IMG/VR virus record: IMGVR_UViG_3300030101_003189 | Span: 1-56,211 of that record | Source: a virus | Lineage: Duplodnaviria > Caudoviricetes | Length of the DNA: 56,211 nt | Strand: one strand, 5' to 3' | Shown here: in pieces, positions 19,185-30,104 of the stretch | Numbering within the stretch: position 1 is the stretch's first letter | How the letters are laid out: each line of letters begins with the position of its first letter | Made by a program: the position numbers and the translations under genes | Notes under the pieces: model-generated | What the model saw: the letters and a program-made list of their open reading frames with translations, nothing else | What the model was told of the DNA's origin: nothing | Database searches by the model: none

Positions 19185-20408
19185 ATGGCTTTTACATCAC
19201 GTTCTTTGAGGGCTGTAAGAAGACTCGGTCCTGAATCAAGTAGACTTTTAAAAGACGCTGAAGACCTAAAAGACAGGGGTTTTACATCGGCTGCTAATCA
19301 AATAGCTCTACAAGCTGCTCAGATAAAACAATCAGAGTCTCCTGTAGATACTCCTGCTTTAAGAGAGTCTCGTGAAGCTGCTCAAAGAGCTATTGCTATG
19401 GGGCAACAGATTGCGGTACAAGGTGATTTTGACCCAGCAGAGGTTGTTGCTCCTCTTAAACAAAAGTTTTTAGGTAGCCTTAGTGGATTATCATCAGCAC
19501 AACAAAGTGCTATGCTTAATAGGTTCGAGCCAGAATTTAGGAAACAAAGAATATTGCATCAAGCAGAACAAAAAAGTTTTCTAGATCTAAAAGAAGCTCA
19601 AAGAAGGGCTAGACTTAATCAAGCCACGGACGCTTTAAAAGCCCCTGTAGCTGCTCGTGTCGAAACTTTGATGGGTTCCGCATTATCAAATAACGAAAAA
19701 CAACAGGAACTCAATCGTGTTATTTTTCAAAATCCTGATGTGTTACGTAGTCCTGAAATGGTAGCTGTTTTTAATAACGCTAATAATAGCCTTACTAAAA
19801 AGTTAGACGCAAAATTAAAAGAGCAAAACAATACTAATACAAAGAAGTTTTCTTTAACACAACAAGCTATAGCAGCAGGTAAGCCCTCATTAATACCCGC
19901 TTTATGGGCTGTTAAAAAGGAAGAAGACCTTATACCTATTTCACAACAGATTGCTGAACAGTACGGAGCTAAAGCAGAAAAACAAAAAGCAGATGCAAAC
20001 CGATCTGCTATACTAAAGAGTATAACTGCTTCCGATATGTCAGGATCAGATAAACAACTGTTGTTAGCTGCTCTATCACAACAGGATCTTGATCCTGCTC
20101 AAGCATTACAAGGAGTAGCTTTAGGGGAAGCAAGAGTGCAGTCTAGGCAAGCCATGATCCAACAAATAGATAGTTTCATAGGGTTAGCAGCTAGTTTGGC
20201 AAAAGATGATACCCTTATGGGGGATGAAAAAACCCAAGCTATAGAAGATTTAGTAACACAATTAGAGATAGTGGGTATTGTAGAAAAAGGAGAGCTTGAT
20301 AAAGTTTCTCCAATGACAATACAAGCAATCTTGATTGGTAAAAAAACTGAGTTAGCTAAACAAGATACCCAAATGGGTTTTGCATCAAACTTTGACTCAA
20401 TTAACTAA
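19185..20408 (+). CDS. Helical putative internal virion / ejection protein
   Basis: 407 aa, Ala/Gln-rich, Cys-free, immediately upstream of the giant protein. Confidence 0.55.
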   Translation: MAFTSRSLRAVRRLGPESSRLLKDAEDLKDRGFTSAANQIALQAAQIKQSESPVDTPALRESREAAQRAIAMGQQIAVQGDFDPAEVVAPLKQKFLGSLSGLSSAQQSAMLNRFEPEFRKQRILHQAEQKSFLDLKEAQRRARLNQATDALKAPVAARVETLMGSALSNNEKQQELNRVIFQNPDVLRSPEMVAVFNNANNSLTKKLDAKLKEQNNTNTKKFSLTQQAIAAGKPSLIPALWAVKKEEDLIPISQQIAEQYGAKAEKQKADANRSAILKSITASDMSGSDKQLLLAALSQQDLDPAQALQGVALGEARVQSRQAMIQQIDSFIGLAASLAKDDTLMGDEKTQAIEDLVTQLEIVGIVEKGELDKVSPMTIQAILIGKKTELAKQDTQMGFASNFDSIN

Positions 20409-20444
20409 AGCTTTGTAAACTTTAACTACATATACATACCTGCT

Positions 20445-23400
20445 GTGACAGAAAAACCGTTATTTAATCCTGAAGGATTATTTCCTTCCACGCCTATGCA
20501 AAATGAGCCTTCAGAGGGTCCGTTGAAATTATCTCAATGGAGTTCAACGTCGGGGGCAGAACTATCTGATCTGGACAAAGTACTTGGATACTCAAATTAT
20601 TTAAGGCAACATAGCTTAGATCAAGGTACTTTAGATAGAGAAGCGGAGATAGGTATAACTACAGCTACAGCTCAAATGTTAGGTCGAGTAGATCCTACAT
20701 ACAAAATGTCTATGGATGTAGGAACTACTGATACAGATGCAGCTTTGATAGGTCAAGCTTTTGGTGAAGATGCAAAAAATAACTTTATCGAATCTTTAGA
20801 TAAAGGTTTTACAAGAAACGATTTTACAGAAGAATTAAACGAAGCTAAACAGCACCTTGTTGAAAATGGAACGCTAAAACTTGCTTCTTTAAAAAAGAAA
20901 AGTGCTGAAGGGAATAACTATTTTGAAGTCATTGGAGCTTCAAATATTGTTGATAAAAACAAAGCGGTCAATGATGCATTAAATGCAGGAGCATTACGTC
21001 ATAGAGATATGTGGCAAGTCCCTACTGGACTTGAAGAATTTTCAGCAGGTGTCTCAAGGTTCAAAGCTATTACAGCTAATAAAATTAGAAATGAGTTCGC
21101 AGCAGCATCAAAGAGTGAGGAGAATAAAGACCTCTATGACGAAGTACGGGCAGAAGCTAAAGAACATTTTTCTTCTGAAGGTAATGATCCCTCTGCCCTG
21201 ATTACTAAGTCTAGAGACTTGTTATCTAATATTAGATCAAGTGACTCAGGTATATCTAATGAAGCGTTTCGTGCTAGGTTTGATGATGATGACATCATGG
21301 GAGTGTTAGAACAACTTGCTGTCTCTGATCAATACGCATCTGGAGAAGCTAAGTTTATATCAGACCCAGAAAAATTAGGGGACAACATAAAAGTTACTAG
21401 TAATGGACACGCTATAGCACACTTAGAACTCATACTAGATAAACAAAAATTTGAAGCAGCCCTTAATCAAAAAGAGCTATCTGATAACCAAAGAGATCAA
21501 CTAACAAATTACAGGGGATGGTGGTTTGATGCTCATTATGAGGGCTACAATGAAATGTTTTCTGACTCCACTGTTTCGGATGAGTGGACAGAAGCCAAGA
21601 TTCAGGGTGCAACTGAATCTAAAAGTAATGGTCAGATTTTAGAAGAGTTTATTGGGGATGACTCTAATTATTCAGGATTCAAGAACAGGTTAGGTTTATT
21701 TGTAGACTCTATAAAAGATTCTTTTACAGGTTTAGTAGCAGTAGCTCCTGCCTTATTTGGTAATAAAAACGCAATAAACTATTTATCAGAACAAGAACAA
21801 GACAGAGTAAATAGGCGAGAGGTAGCAAAAGTTTTTGGGGATGAGTTTGGAATAGCTGCTGATGTAGGGAGTATGATAGCTCCTGTATTAGTTGATATAG
21901 GAGCTACTGCAATGCTAAGTGCAGGAACTCTTGGTCTGGGGGGACTAGCTTATATAGGAGGTAAGCAAGGGGTTCGAGTAACTGTAAAGGGTCTTGTTAC
22001 CAGTATGACTGGTAGTATCCTGTCAAAACAATTTGGAGAAACAGCAGCCGATACCGCAGTTAGATTAAGTGCTAGGAAACTGATTGAAATATCAGGTAAA
22101 GGTGGAGCTAAAGGAACTATGGAAGCTATACAAGCTTACAATAAATTAGCTGCTACTAAATTTTTCCGCAGAGGGACACAAACACCATTTTTATTTGCTA
22201 CAGCAGCGAACAGATCGGCTGGCGGTACGTATGCCACTGTCTATAATAATTTTGAAGGTACTCATGATGAAAAACATGATGCTGCATTAGGAGCTGCTTT
22301 AAGAGCTGGCACAGCTACTGGTTTAATAACATCCGCTTTTAGTTTTGTTGGAGCTGGTGGTCTTGAAGACGCTTTACTACGTGGTATGACATATAGCCAA
22401 AAAGTTTTTATGCTTAACAGAATCGGGGGTAGTCCAATCACCCAACTGAATGTTAAGAAATCTAATGAACTTATCAAGGCTCACATACAAGGGAGGCTAG
22501 ATAAGCTTAGTAAAACTAATTTTGGTGATATCTACCAAAGGTTTTTAAGGGCTGGTACAGAAGAATTTGTGGAGGAGGCTTTAGATGAATTTATAAATCA
22601 ATTTATTGTAGATGCTTCTCTAGATAGAGAGACACCACTCATCGATAAAATATCAGGAGCCATGTACGCAGGACTTCTTGGAGGTATCATAGGTCAGGGT
22701 GCTGCTGGAGCTAGGTCAATAATCAATAAGAATAATAGAGAAGCTGCTAGTATTTTTATGGCTCAAGAAGAAGATGCTTTGATTAATGCTTTGAGAGAAA
22801 GTGGATCTCCTTTGACAGCTAATGTCCTTAGTAACGTAAGCAGTTCTCAGTTAACTCAAGGAGAGCTATCTGAGTTAGCAGTAGAAAGACAAACAAGGCA
22901 ACTGCTAAGAATGCCCGCAGGAGCCGAACTACCAACAACTGGACCTGCAATAGAAATTGCTGAGAAAGCTAGTTTAGACGAACAAGGTTCAATAAATAAA
23001 ACTAGTGCTGAGTTAAAAGAAGAACGCTTAAATAATTTAATAAACCCTGATCCAGAAGTCCAACAAGAAGCACAAGATCTAGTTAAACAAGCTAACAACA
23101 GTGAGGTCCAAATAGATTTAGAAGAAGAATTAAAGTCGGAAGATTTCCAAAACTTTAGGGAAGAACAAGCAGCTAAAGGAACCAAAGAAGAAAACATAGA
23201 AGAGGATAATGTACTTGATCCAAATGTAGAACTACAGCAGGAAGCAAATAGACAAATAGAAGAAAACATAGAGGCTTCATCTAAAATAGATCCTGAAGTA
23301 GCTTTATCGGAGGAAGAACAAGCTAAGATACAGAAAAAGTTTCAAGATAACTTATCCAATATGTTAAATATTGTAGATAGGTTTGGGGCTAAAATTGAAT

Positions 23401-26400
23401 TTGATGATAACGCAAAAACGTCATTTGCATTTAATCCTAGCTCTCAATCAATAATTATTAACAAAGGACAGGTCGCTGGGCTAATAGCTAACCTTAACGC
23501 TCGTAATGGTAAAGCACTTACCAAAGCAATTCTGACAGAGGAACTTATACATAAAGGGTCATATAACATTCTGACAAAAAGTGAACGTAAGGCTGTGTTT
23601 GATACCCTTAGTAAGAGTGAACAAAATAAACTTGTTGATAATTATTACAGAACTCCAGAAGACAGAGCAGCAGCTAAACAAAGACTTGCTGAAAACAACA
23701 CTCGTGAAAGAGAGACAGTTGTAGAGGAACTAATGCGTATGGAAGCTCAGAAAGCAATGTCTGGGTTTACCAGTGAAGAAAACTATGAGTTCTTTAGCCA
23801 GAACCCAAGTGCTTTACGTGTCTTCCTTAGATACCTACAGAATCTAGTAAGCAGACTTAGAAGATACTTTGAAGCGGAGCCTGATAACCCATACTTAGCA
23901 GCCACTACAAACAGAGTGATCAGAGCGTACAACGCAATGAAGAATGGTTTTGAGGTTACTTCATTACCAGCGTTTTCTCCAGACAATCCTGCAAACACAT
24001 TTGAACTTTTAGCAAGTCAGATTAGAACTGAGGGTGAAAAACCATTCAGTGATGTTGAAGGTATAAATGAGGTTGCAGGACAACGTCTTGTAGATGCAGC
24101 TACAAATGCTGAATACTTAGAACTAGCCAAAGATCCAAAGAAGAACAAACAAGCTCTTCAAGATATGGTGGACAAAGCTGCCATAGCTGCGGGGTACAAT
24201 TCAAACGAAGTGTACCACGGAACTCCTAATGAGTTCACAGCTTTTGATTATGATAAGATAAATTCTGGGACGGGGTTTGCTTTTGGATTAGGTTTTTATT
24301 TTGGCGGTAATAGAAATATGGCTTCGGGATACGCACTTGCAAACGGGAATATTATTCCTGCGTATTTGAAAATTGAAAATGGAATCCCTCATGATACTCC
24401 TGCACTTTCTAGTGCGGAACTAGTACCCATACTTCAAGAAATAGCCGAAGCCGAGCTTCAAGAACTAAGAGTAGATAATCCTGAAGCAAATGAATTCGAA
24501 ACTACTTTAGGCGATTATGGAGGAATTGAGGCTGCTGCTGATCTGATAGCTGATGGTAACGACACAATAGCAGAACAAACGGGGGAACTTTTTAATGCGG
24601 GTGTATCAGCTAAAAATGTACTAGAAGCCTTTAAAAAAATTACTGGTATTGATGCCTTCTATTCAAATGCTAGGGGGGAAAAGGCGATTATAGTAGTCCT
24701 GACACCTGAGCAAATAAAGTTATCCGATCCTGTAACTTACGATGCAGAAGGTAATATTATACCATTAGCTGAAAGGTTTGATGAAACCACCGACGAGCTT
24801 GTAAGATCGTCCATTGTTTCGGGTGTAGAGTACAGGGTTCATGATGCACAAAGCCTGATCGATGAAACATTTGCAAACAACGCAATAGGCATAGATAGAG
24901 ATCCGATTGATTCTGGTTTACGAGGAAGCAGAGTACATGAAATTGCCAAATTATTTGATTCTTTAATTAAAGATGAAGAAAGAATTATTTGGAATGAATC
25001 TAAAGAAGGCACTGATAAGTATGCTGAGAATGTAAGTAGGGCAGGTGACCGAGTTGCTAATCTATTACATAGAAGTATGGATGAGTATCCTCAATTCGCT
25101 ACGTGGTACGAAGAGCGGATTGATATGGCAATGGATATTTTTGAAGAGTTAGATCCTGACATAAGTAAACCAGAAAATTCGTTTGTACTAAAAATACTAT
25201 TAGCCGTTACTTCAAATGGAGCAAAAGTATTAACACAAACAAAAGATAGTTGGAATATTTACAAAGAATGGAAGAAAACAGGTAAACTAAATAACGCAGT
25301 TAGATCTTCAGGAGATAGGGGGGATCAAGTAGCTAAACACTTAGCTGATACTGATAATTTTATTGAGAGAGTTGGTTGGGAAAAGTTAAAAGCTTTCTTT
25401 GATCGTTCTGGAACAGTAGCCGAAGTAAGAGACGCTTTGGTATCAGATCTAGGAGTGGATTCTGAAGTAGCTAAAGACATATTAAAGAGTAAAGGGGAAC
25501 TAATTGATGAGGTAGTTCCTTTTAGTATATTCTACGGACCGAAGTTAGGTTCTTTTTACCATAATTTAAATGGTAAGTTTGATTCTATAACTATGGACAG
25601 ATGGTTTTTGAGAACCTTTGGAAAGTTAACAGGTACTCAACTTAAAAAAATAAGTAGGAAAGTAATGGCAGAAAAGAGAGATAGGTTCGCAAGAGCCTTC
25701 CGTGCCTATGTAGCTTCTGACCCCAAAGGTGGTTTGTTATCTGCTGCGGGATTATCAACAAGATTAAAAGATCCGAAGGGAGAGACTCGTGATAATGTGG
25801 TAGCTGCTTTAGTAAAATATTTTGCCAAGAAACCAAACCGATCTTTTTATTACGACAAAAAAACAGGGGATAGAATACCAACAGATGAAAAACTTATACC
25901 TAAGAAAGCTCCGAAGTTAGCTGACTTACGCTTGGCTGCAAACGGGTTAAAACTTTATTTGGATGGAGTGACTGTAAAAGATGATCCAGAAGGAGGAGGT
26001 CACAGAAGATTTACTAGACAAGCAATGCTTGATGGTATTAATAAATTAGAACAAAGAACAGGAACAAAGTTAGTGCCAGCAGAGGCACAAGCACTATTAT
26101 GGTATTATGAAAAAGAAACGCACAGATTATTCGGGTCAGCCCAAGAAAGAGATCCCGACTACGGATCAGCAGCCAATGAAGTCTTCCGAAACGAACGTGG
26201 GGAAGATGCCATCAATTTCAGACCTTCTATCGGAAACAGAAGACGTTCCGAGCAACGAACCGATGATATCGGATCTGATGCACGGGTCGATAGAACAGGA
26301 GAAGATGTACTGGAAAGCGATGATGAGGTTATAGCTTCACAATTAAGTCCTGATACAGCGAGTAAAAAAGCGTTAGCTAGGTTTGGTGACCTGACAGGTA

Positions 26401-29400
26401 TGCTTGAAGTACCTCAGTACTACACAGGAAAATACAGAGGTAAATTTACTGGACTTAAAAAATGGTTGAATGGAGTAGCAGGTGAAGCTGATCCAAGGCT
26501 TAGAGAATTATACGAGAACGAAGTAAACTTACGTAATGCTGTAGGAGAGCAGGTAGATTTGTGGAGAAATAAACTTCAAGAGTTAGTTCTTAAAGCATAC
26601 CCCAAAGGCAACCCTCCTATAGATTTGTTTAGAAAAATCACAGGTGACCCAGAAGGTATGTCCCTGTCTCGGAACACAGTTGGCTACATAAACAACTTAG
26701 TAGGTAAAGCTAAACGGAAAGTTGGTCTTGAGAAGAAGAAAGCACAAGCAGATTTAGATTCTAACGACCCCTTGTTCCAAGAAGCAGAGCAGAAATATGT
26801 AAATGATTTAGCGGTTATAGATAACTACAAGACGCAGCTTTACAACAAAGCGTATGCAGCACAGAAAAAAGTGATGCAGAGAGAAAAGAACGAAGCCATC
26901 GAAGCACTTGGTGGTTTTGATAGTGATGGTGTACCCAAGGGGGAGTTAGCACAACATCTTTTCGGTCTTAGGGCGCAGATTGATGAGTTTTCAAAAGCAA
27001 TAAGAAACCTTTATCCTAATGACCCAGACGCTCACAGAGATCTAAGAGCTACTATAGATAGAAACCTAGAAGTATACTTAACTAGGTCTTATCGTTTGTT
27101 TACGGAAGCTGGTTTCATACGTAAGGTTATGTATGAACCTAACTATAAAAGTACAAGAGACAATGCAGTTAAGTTTTTTGAAGCTCAATACATAAAGGAG
27201 AGAGGGCGTTCACTCTTCAAAAAAGAAGACGTAGCAACACTTCAACAAGCAGAAGAACAAGCACTTCAAGAACTTCGTGACTCTCCAACCAACCCAGATA
27301 GTGGTTTAACGGAGATAACACATGGTTTAATGATAGAGTTTTTAAATATGTATTCACCTAAATCTAATGGGTGGTTACAAGTAAAACCTCAAATGACGTT
27401 CAGAGGTGGTAAATCTTTTGGTACTGTGTTGGCAGATAAACTAAAAGACAGGAAGAACATACCTAAAGAACTCAAAGCTCTCATGGGAGAAGAAGTAGAT
27501 GCTACTGGTTATGATGCTGCCTTACGTACATATATGCACGTTGGTATCATGGCATCCCACCAAGCATTTTTAAGGAACTTAGTGCAAGTAGGTAGGGAAG
27601 GAAAAGAAGGAGAGAAATGGTTACTAACCGCATCTGAAGTACAAAAAGAACCTAACGCAAAGGACTATGAAATGATAGACTTGAGGTCTGATAAAGCGTT
27701 CAACCCTTTTATAATCGATGGTCAAACTTTATACGCTCACAAAGACTTGATTGAGTCTGTCAGAGCAATGGGAGCTAGTACTGATTACGTACTCAACGAA
27801 ACTGATAAAGCAGCATCTTACATAAACAGAACTATTGGTGTTATGACAGGATCGGCAATGGCAGCGAAGACTCTTGGTTCTGTAGGGTTCTACATGAGGA
27901 ACGCATTGGGTAACGTACTTTACTTTGGTTTGTCTCAAGGAAATCTACCCACACTTAGTATGGGTAAAACTTTCGTGAAAGAGATAGGACGGAAGAAGCT
28001 TTTCTTTTTACGAGGTAAGCTAAACAGAGAAGCTGTCCAAGCTTACTACTCAGAACTAAAAGCCCTTGGTGTAATCGGAGATGAGCTTAGACCTAAAATG
28101 CTAGAGGAATTATTCTCTGGTGAGAAGACACCTGCTCAAATGATGGAAGAGGCTACTGGTATTGTGGAAGAGATTGGTAAGTTAGATTCAATTAAAAATA
28201 AAACCAAATCAGTGAGAAAGACTATCGATGGTTTGTACTCTAACTTGAAAGATCTATCAGCAGCGATGGATACTTTTTACAAAATTGACTATTTTGAAAG
28301 AGAATTAAAAACAATCAAGAAAGCGGTAGCAGCAGCAAAAAGTAATGACACAGAGTACTATCAACTAAGTGAGTACCAAATGCAGAGAAAAGCTGCTCGC
28401 ATAGTTAAGAGAACAGCTCAATCTTTTAGTCAAGCAATGCCTTTTATAAAAGGATTCGCTAAATCTTCTGTTGGTCAGATGTTTGCTCCGTTCGTCAGGT
28501 TTAAAGGGGAAGTAGCTCGTATCACAGTCAACACGACTGTACAGGCTTTCCAAGAACTAGCACACCCAAACAGTGTTATAAAGCTGAGAGGTGCTAGGAG
28601 ACTAGCAGGTCAGACGGCTGTCATGGGCGGTATATCTGCAATGGTTCCTGTCTTGTTGAGACTTGCTCAGAACATAACAGATGAAGAGGACGAAGCTTTA
28701 AGAGCCACCACAGTGTCCTACTTGAAGAACCATACGTTTTTCATAGCAAAAGGGTTTATACCTAAAGTGCAGGATGAAAACAAATTGTACACATGGGACT
28801 TTACATACCTCAATCCATTCTCACTCGTAGTAGATCCGTTCATAAGATCATTTGAAAAAATAGCTCAAGGAAAAGATACAGGAGAGGTTATGAAAGTCTT
28901 CGCTGAGTCCTTGATATTTGACCAATACCTTGATGAACAAATCTTTGCAGGGGCTTTACTAGCACTCAGAAAGAACAAAGACCCAGAAACTGGACGAGCC
29001 ATTTGGGGAACTCAAGAAGATTCCTTTGATCAGTTTTACAAAATGGGAATGTTCCTATGGGAAGAGGCTTTTCAACCTAAAGTAATACAAACAGGTAGGG
29101 AAGTTGCAAAAGGGCTGACAGTGGATAAAGAAAAAGCTTTAGAGCAAGCACTGCTACGAATAGCTGAAGAGTTCCTACCACTCAAACCTTACGAATTAGA
29201 CTTGAGAACCAACCTCTCTAGATACATGAACAGTATAAGGATGGAAACTCAAATAGCTTCTAGAGGTAAGAACAAAGCTTTCTTCGCAGATAAGATGTCT
29301 AAACAAGATGTGTTTGATATCGTAGATACAGAACTCGAATACAAAAAGAACATTGATAGACAAGCATACAAAGTATTTAATGGCATTATGGAACTGTCTA

Positions 29401-29636
29401 AGAAAACGGACACACCAATAACTGAGGATGAACTTAGGAAACTAGCATTGGCTAACCAGATAGGTAAGAGACGCTTTAGTCTCATCATGCGTGGTATGAC
29501 AGAGACTCCAAGGAAAGCAAACATAGACTTCCAGAAGAGACTACGTGCTAAAATGCAGGAAGACCCTAAGTTTGTAGAAAGAGCTGACCAGTTTAACGAG
29601 GCTTACAAATCTTATCCGAGGTACTTGTTCCACTAA
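20445..29636 (+). CDS. Giant polyvalent internal virion / DNA-ejection protein (peptidase-like, ART and HhH-glycosylase-like domains)
   Basis: 3063 aa. Gly/Ala hydrophobic segments near 21870-22720; EELIH zincin-like motif near 23538; VYHGT...GFYF...QIKLSDPVTYD ART-PolyVal signature 24110-24785; WY...LLAVTS...GPK...TMDRW...QALLW domain 25100-26115. Confidence 0.75.
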   Translation: MTEKPLFNPEGLFPSTPMQNEPSEGPLKLSQWSSTSGAELSDLDKVLGYSNYLRQHSLDQGTLDREAEIGITTATAQMLGRVDPTYKMSMDVGTTDTDAALIGQAFGEDAKNNFIESLDKGFTRNDFTEELNEAKQHLVENGTLKLASLKKKSAEGNNYFEVIGASNIVDKNKAVNDALNAGALRHRDMWQVPTGLEEFSAGVSRFKAITANKIRNEFAAASKSEENKDLYDEVRAEAKEHFSSEGNDPSALITKSRDLLSNIRSSDSGISNEAFRARFDDDDIMGVLEQLAVSDQYASGEAKFISDPEKLGDNIKVTSNGHAIAHLELILDKQKFEAALNQKELSDNQRDQLTNYRGWWFDAHYEGYNEMFSDSTVSDEWTEAKIQGATESKSNGQILEEFIGDDSNYSGFKNRLGLFVDSIKDSFTGLVAVAPALFGNKNAINYLSEQEQDRVNRREVAKVFGDEFGIAADVGSMIAPVLVDIGATAMLSAGTLGLGGLAYIGGKQGVRVTVKGLVTSMTGSILSKQFGETAADTAVRLSARKLIEISGKGGAKGTMEAIQAYNKLAATKFFRRGTQTPFLFATAANRSAGGTYATVYNNFEGTHDEKHDAALGAALRAGTATGLITSAFSFVGAGGLEDALLRGMTYSQKVFMLNRIGGSPITQLNVKKSNELIKAHIQGRLDKLSKTNFGDIYQRFLRAGTEEFVEEALDEFINQFIVDASLDRETPLIDKISGAMYAGLLGGIIGQGAAGARSIINKNNREAASIFMAQEEDALINALRESGSPLTANVLSNVSSSQLTQGELSELAVERQTRQLLRMPAGAELPTTGPAIEIAEKASLDEQGSINKTSAELKEERLNNLINPDPEVQQEAQDLVKQANNSEVQIDLEEELKSEDFQNFREEQAAKGTKEENIEEDNVLDPNVELQQEANRQIEENIEASSKIDPEVALSEEEQAKIQKKFQDNLSNMLNIVDRFGAKIEFDDNAKTSFAFNPSSQSIIINKGQVAGLIANLNARNGKALTKAILTEELIHKGSYNILTKSERKAVFDTLSKSEQNKLVDNYYRTPEDRAAAKQRLAENNTRERETVVEELMRMEAQKAMSGFTSEENYEFFSQNPSALRVFLRYLQNLVSRLRRYFEAEPDNPYLAATTNRVIRAYNAMKNGFEVTSLPAFSPDNPANTFELLASQIRTEGEKPFSDVEGINEVAGQRLVDAATNAEYLELAKDPKKNKQALQDMVDKAAIAAGYNSNEVYHGTPNEFTAFDYDKINSGTGFAFGLGFYFGGNRNMASGYALANGNIIPAYLKIENGIPHDTPALSSAELVPILQEIAEAELQELRVDNPEANEFETTLGDYGGIEAAADLIADGNDTIAEQTGELFNAGVSAKNVLEAFKKITGIDAFYSNARGEKAIIVVLTPEQIKLSDPVTYDAEGNIIPLAERFDETTDELVRSSIVSGVEYRVHDAQSLIDETFANNAIGIDRDPIDSGLRGSRVHEIAKLFDSLIKDEERIIWNESKEGTDKYAENVSRAGDRVANLLHRSMDEYPQFATWYEERIDMAMDIFEELDPDISKPENSFVLKILLAVTSNGAKVLTQTKDSWNIYKEWKKTGKLNNAVRSSGDRGDQVAKHLADTDNFIERVGWEKLKAFFDRSGTVAEVRDALVSDLGVDSEVAKDILKSKGELIDEVVPFSIFYGPKLGSFYHNLNGKFDSITMDRWFLRTFGKLTGTQLKKISRKVMAEKRDRFARAFRAYVASDPKGGLLSAAGLSTRLKDPKGETRDNVVAALVKYFAKKPNRSFYYDKKTGDRIPTDEKLIPKKAPKLADLRLAANGLKLYLDGVTVKDDPEGGGHRRFTRQAMLDGINKLEQRTGTKLVPAEAQALLWYYEKETHRLFGSAQERDPDYGSAANEVFRNERGEDAINFRPSIGNRRRSEQRTDDIGSDARVDRTGEDVLESDDEVIASQLSPDTASKKALARFGDLTGMLEVPQYYTGKYRGKFTGLKKWLNGVAGEADPRLRELYENEVNLRNAVGEQVDLWRNKLQELVLKAYPKGNPPIDLFRKITGDPEGMSLSRNTVGYINNLVGKAKRKVGLEKKKAQADLDSNDPLFQEAEQKYVNDLAVIDNYKTQLYNKAYAAQKKVMQREKNEAIEALGGFDSDGVPKGELAQHLFGLRAQIDEFSKAIRNLYPNDPDAHRDLRATIDRNLEVYLTRSYRLFTEAGFIRKVMYEPNYKSTRDNAVKFFEAQYIKERGRSLFKKEDVATLQQAEEQALQELRDSPTNPDSGLTEITHGLMIEFLNMYSPKSNGWLQVKPQMTFRGGKSFGTVLADKLKDRKNIPKELKALMGEEVDATGYDAALRTYMHVGIMASHQAFLRNLVQVGREGKEGEKWLLTASEVQKEPNAKDYEMIDLRSDKAFNPFIIDGQTLYAHKDLIESVRAMGASTDYVLNETDKAASYINRTIGVMTGSAMAAKTLGSVGFYMRNALGNVLYFGLSQGNLPTLSMGKTFVKEIGRKKLFFLRGKLNREAVQAYYSELKALGVIGDELRPKMLEELFSGEKTPAQMMEEATGIVEEIGKLDSIKNKTKSVRKTIDGLYSNLKDLSAAMDTFYKIDYFERELKTIKKAVAAAKSNDTEYYQLSEYQMQRKAARIVKRTAQSFSQAMPFIKGFAKSSVGQMFAPFVRFKGEVARITVNTTVQAFQELAHPNSVIKLRGARRLAGQTAVMGGISAMVPVLLRLAQNITDEEDEALRATTVSYLKNHTFFIAKGFIPKVQDENKLYTWDFTYLNPFSLVVDPFIRSFEKIAQGKDTGEVMKVFAESLIFDQYLDEQIFAGALLALRKNKDPETGRAIWGTQEDSFDQFYKMGMFLWEEAFQPKVIQTGREVAKGLTVDKEKALEQALLRIAEEFLPLKPYELDLRTNLSRYMNSIRMETQIASRGKNKAFFADKMSKQDVFDIVDTELEYKKNIDRQAYKVFNGIMELSKKTDTPITEDELRKLALANQIGKRRFSLIMRGMTETPRKANIDFQKRLRAKMQEDPKFVERADQFNEAYKSYPRYLFH

Positions 29637-29860
29637 GCCATTGCAAAGCTTCTGAAAGGAATAGTAGCTGAGACAGCCCCGTGCTTATGGGCGAGATACT
29701 TAAAAGTATCTATGCTCTTTTGTTTGTCTTTGTTTCTATACAGAAGGACTCTTGAATCTTTGATGCTTCCAACAATCTCGTATGAGTTTTGTTTTTCCAA
29801 CATCGCAATCCAATCATATCTACTATCTGCATCCGTTTGTATGTAGCGTTTAACACTCAT
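29633..29860 (-). CDS. Hypothetical protein
   Basis: Likely start MSVKRYIQ (~29860) within the tracked 29633..29947 ORF; converges on the giant gene. Confidence 0.45.
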   Translation of the reverse strand: MSVKRYIQTDADSRYDWIAMLEKQNSYEIVGSIKDSRVLLYRNKDKQKSIDTFKYLAHKHGAVSATIPFRSFAMA

Positions 29861-30068
29861 GGAAATATTGCTTCGGCAGAATTGCCTTGGCAGCTCCCAG
29901 AGGCATAAAGATCTCAGCCCCAACTTTGGGGTTAGCTCCATTTTCATCCCTAAAAATAGGATAAACTTTAAATGTCTCTGGCATTACTCTGTGGTTCTTT
30001 GTTTGCATGGTCATAAGGAGTTCAAACTCTTCAAAGTATATTCTCAAAATGTTCATGGTCTTTAACAA
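29850..30068 (-). CDS. Hypothetical protein
   Basis: 72-aa ORF continuing the leftward gene string. Confidence 0.5.
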   Translation of the reverse strand: MLKTMNILRIYFEEFELLMTMQTKNHRVMPETFKVYPIFRDENGANPKVGAEIFMPLGAAKAILPKQYFHEC

Positions 30069-30104
30069 TATTTCTAAAATGATTTAAAAGCAAGCCAGAA
30101 AATA

